Part shown: positions 62,792-64,000 of the stretch, in pieces
Numbering within the stretch: position 1 is the first letter of the stretch
Layout: each line of letters opens with the position of its first letter
Origin: Candidatus Poribacteria bacterium
Lineage (GTDB): Bacteria; Poribacteria; WGA-4E; PCPOR2b
DNA length: 64,000 bases
Direction of reading: 5' to 3'
Assembly (NCBI GenBank): GCA_965218095.1
Contig: OZ244587.1
Span: forward strand, 3,616,001 to 3,680,000
The notes under the pieces: generated by a model
What the model saw: only the letters and a program-made list of their open reading frames with translations
What the model was told of the DNA's origin: nothing
Database searches by the model: none
Position numbers and translations under genes: made by a program

Positions 62792-64000
62792 TTAGATCTG
62801 GATCCGTTCCCACCGACCACTACGAAAACGCAGAAAATAGGTTGTTCCAGCCAAAACGATATAGACCGTTGCGCCGCACCACGCGCCAGCCACTCCATAC
62901 CCTAACCAGCTTCCCAAACCGTAGGCGAGAGGAAGAAACAGCAGCCAAGCATAGCCGATGCCAACCCACATTGTGAAAAAGGTATCGCTGGCCCCTTTGA
63001 GCGCCCCCACCGCACAGATTCCGAATCCGTCTGAGAGTTGAAAAAGCGCTGCGAAAAACAGGATGCGCGTCCCCAGTCGAACAACCTCCGGATTCAGTGT
63101 AATCAGCGAAAGAAGAAATTCCGGCACTATAAAAAACGCAATGGCGACCAAAAAGGTATAAACAACTCCCAATTTTATCGTCGTGTAGCCACTCTTGCGG
63201 GCGTAATGCAGTTGACCGGATCCGATATATTGTCCGACCAATGTCGTTGCTGCCAGGGAAAAACCGTGCAAAGGCATAAACGATGTAGAAATCAAAGCAA
63301 TCGCTGCGTTATTCGCTGCAAGTGCGACATCGCCCATCCGCCCGATTAGGGCTGCAAACACCGTAAAGCTACCCATATCCATAAAAAACTGCAAGCCCAT
63401 CGGTAGACCGATTCGCAGGATACGGCGAATGTCGCGGAAATCAATCTGGAAATGCGATCGGGTCTGGAATGCCTGGTTAGCGCTCCGTGAAAGGAAAATG
63501 GCAAGATAGCTAACTGCCGCGACGATGCCCCCAATCAGTGTCGCGATGGCGGCGCCAGTCACCTCAAGCCGAGGGAAGCCAAGTTTTCCAAAAATCAGCA
63601 GATAGTCGAAAATGATATTGATTAGATTTGCGGCGAGCTCGATTCGCATCGGGGTTTTGGTATCGCCGATGCCACGCAGAAAACTGCCCACCCCAAAGGA
63701 GATGAAGAGGTTGATTCCGCCGTATAACCGAATCTGTGTATAGATGACCCCCAAACGCTGAACTTCCGCTGATGGTTTCATCAGGGCAAATAAACCGTCT
63801 GTGAATCGGCTAATCAGCATAACTACGAGGTATAATCCAAGCGCTAGGTAAAGCCCTTGCCACGCTGCAACGGCGATACCGTGCCCATCCCCCACTCCAT
63901 AGCGTTGTGCGACGAAGGTGTTGATGCTTGTCAGCAATCCGTTAAAAAAGGAGAACAGCGTTCACGTCAATACCCCAGCCAATCCGATAGCTGCCAATTC
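62792..64000 (-). CDS. MATE family efflux transporter (5' partial; in-frame TGA at 63962-63964)
   Basis: RGIGDTKTPM, GAAIAT, IGLPMG and LVGQYIG motifs; ELAAIGLAGVLT*TLFSFF suggests a pseudogene. Confidence 0.85.

Noticed and set aside
16309-63964. TAG or TGA reassigned to Trp
   Set aside because: TAG and TGA terminate intact genes (rlmB, DMFase, sdhA). Internal stops include TAA and often co-occur with frameshifts. Single transitions from TGG explain them.
1-64000. CRISPR array, rRNA or tRNA
   Set aside because: No regularly spaced repeat-spacer array, cas gene or recognisable stable-RNA signature was seen.

Overview
Bacterial chromosome segment. The gene mix (FGE-sulfatase domain, T9SS-like C-terminal domain, enolase-superfamily enzymes, planctomycete-type modules) suggests Candidatus Poribacteria or a similar lineage; this is inference, not proof. 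Intact genes include rlmB, radC, an FAD/Fe-S oxidoreductase, a 1355-aa S8 protease, a DMFase large-subunit homolog, recD2, a thrC-like gene, sdhA-sdhB with a CCG-domain subunit, a TonB receptor, an SLC12-like transporter, a selenocysteine formate dehydrogenase, an AI-2E/propeller fusion, a catabolic cluster and a vWA protein. They alternate with many decayed fragments, one IS3 remnant, three IS5-family copies, a solo tnpB and several families of tiny palindromic or MITE elements. Signals the ORF track misses: (1) a Met/Cys-rich 43-codon leader with terminator/antiterminator geometry upstream of the thrC-like gene, a candidate methionine-sensing attenuator; (2) a CxxC+RAPP arrest-peptide uORF probably tied to a metal-uptake operon; (3) a 91-bp MITE with 8-bp target duplications and different cores, one copy translated in frame inside a transporter; (4) micro-hairpins inserted in frame in genes; (5) 3'-end duplications of sdhA and fdh flanking inserted DNA; (6) an in-frame UGA with a SECIS in the FDH. 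Product calls come from motif recognition only; no searches were run.
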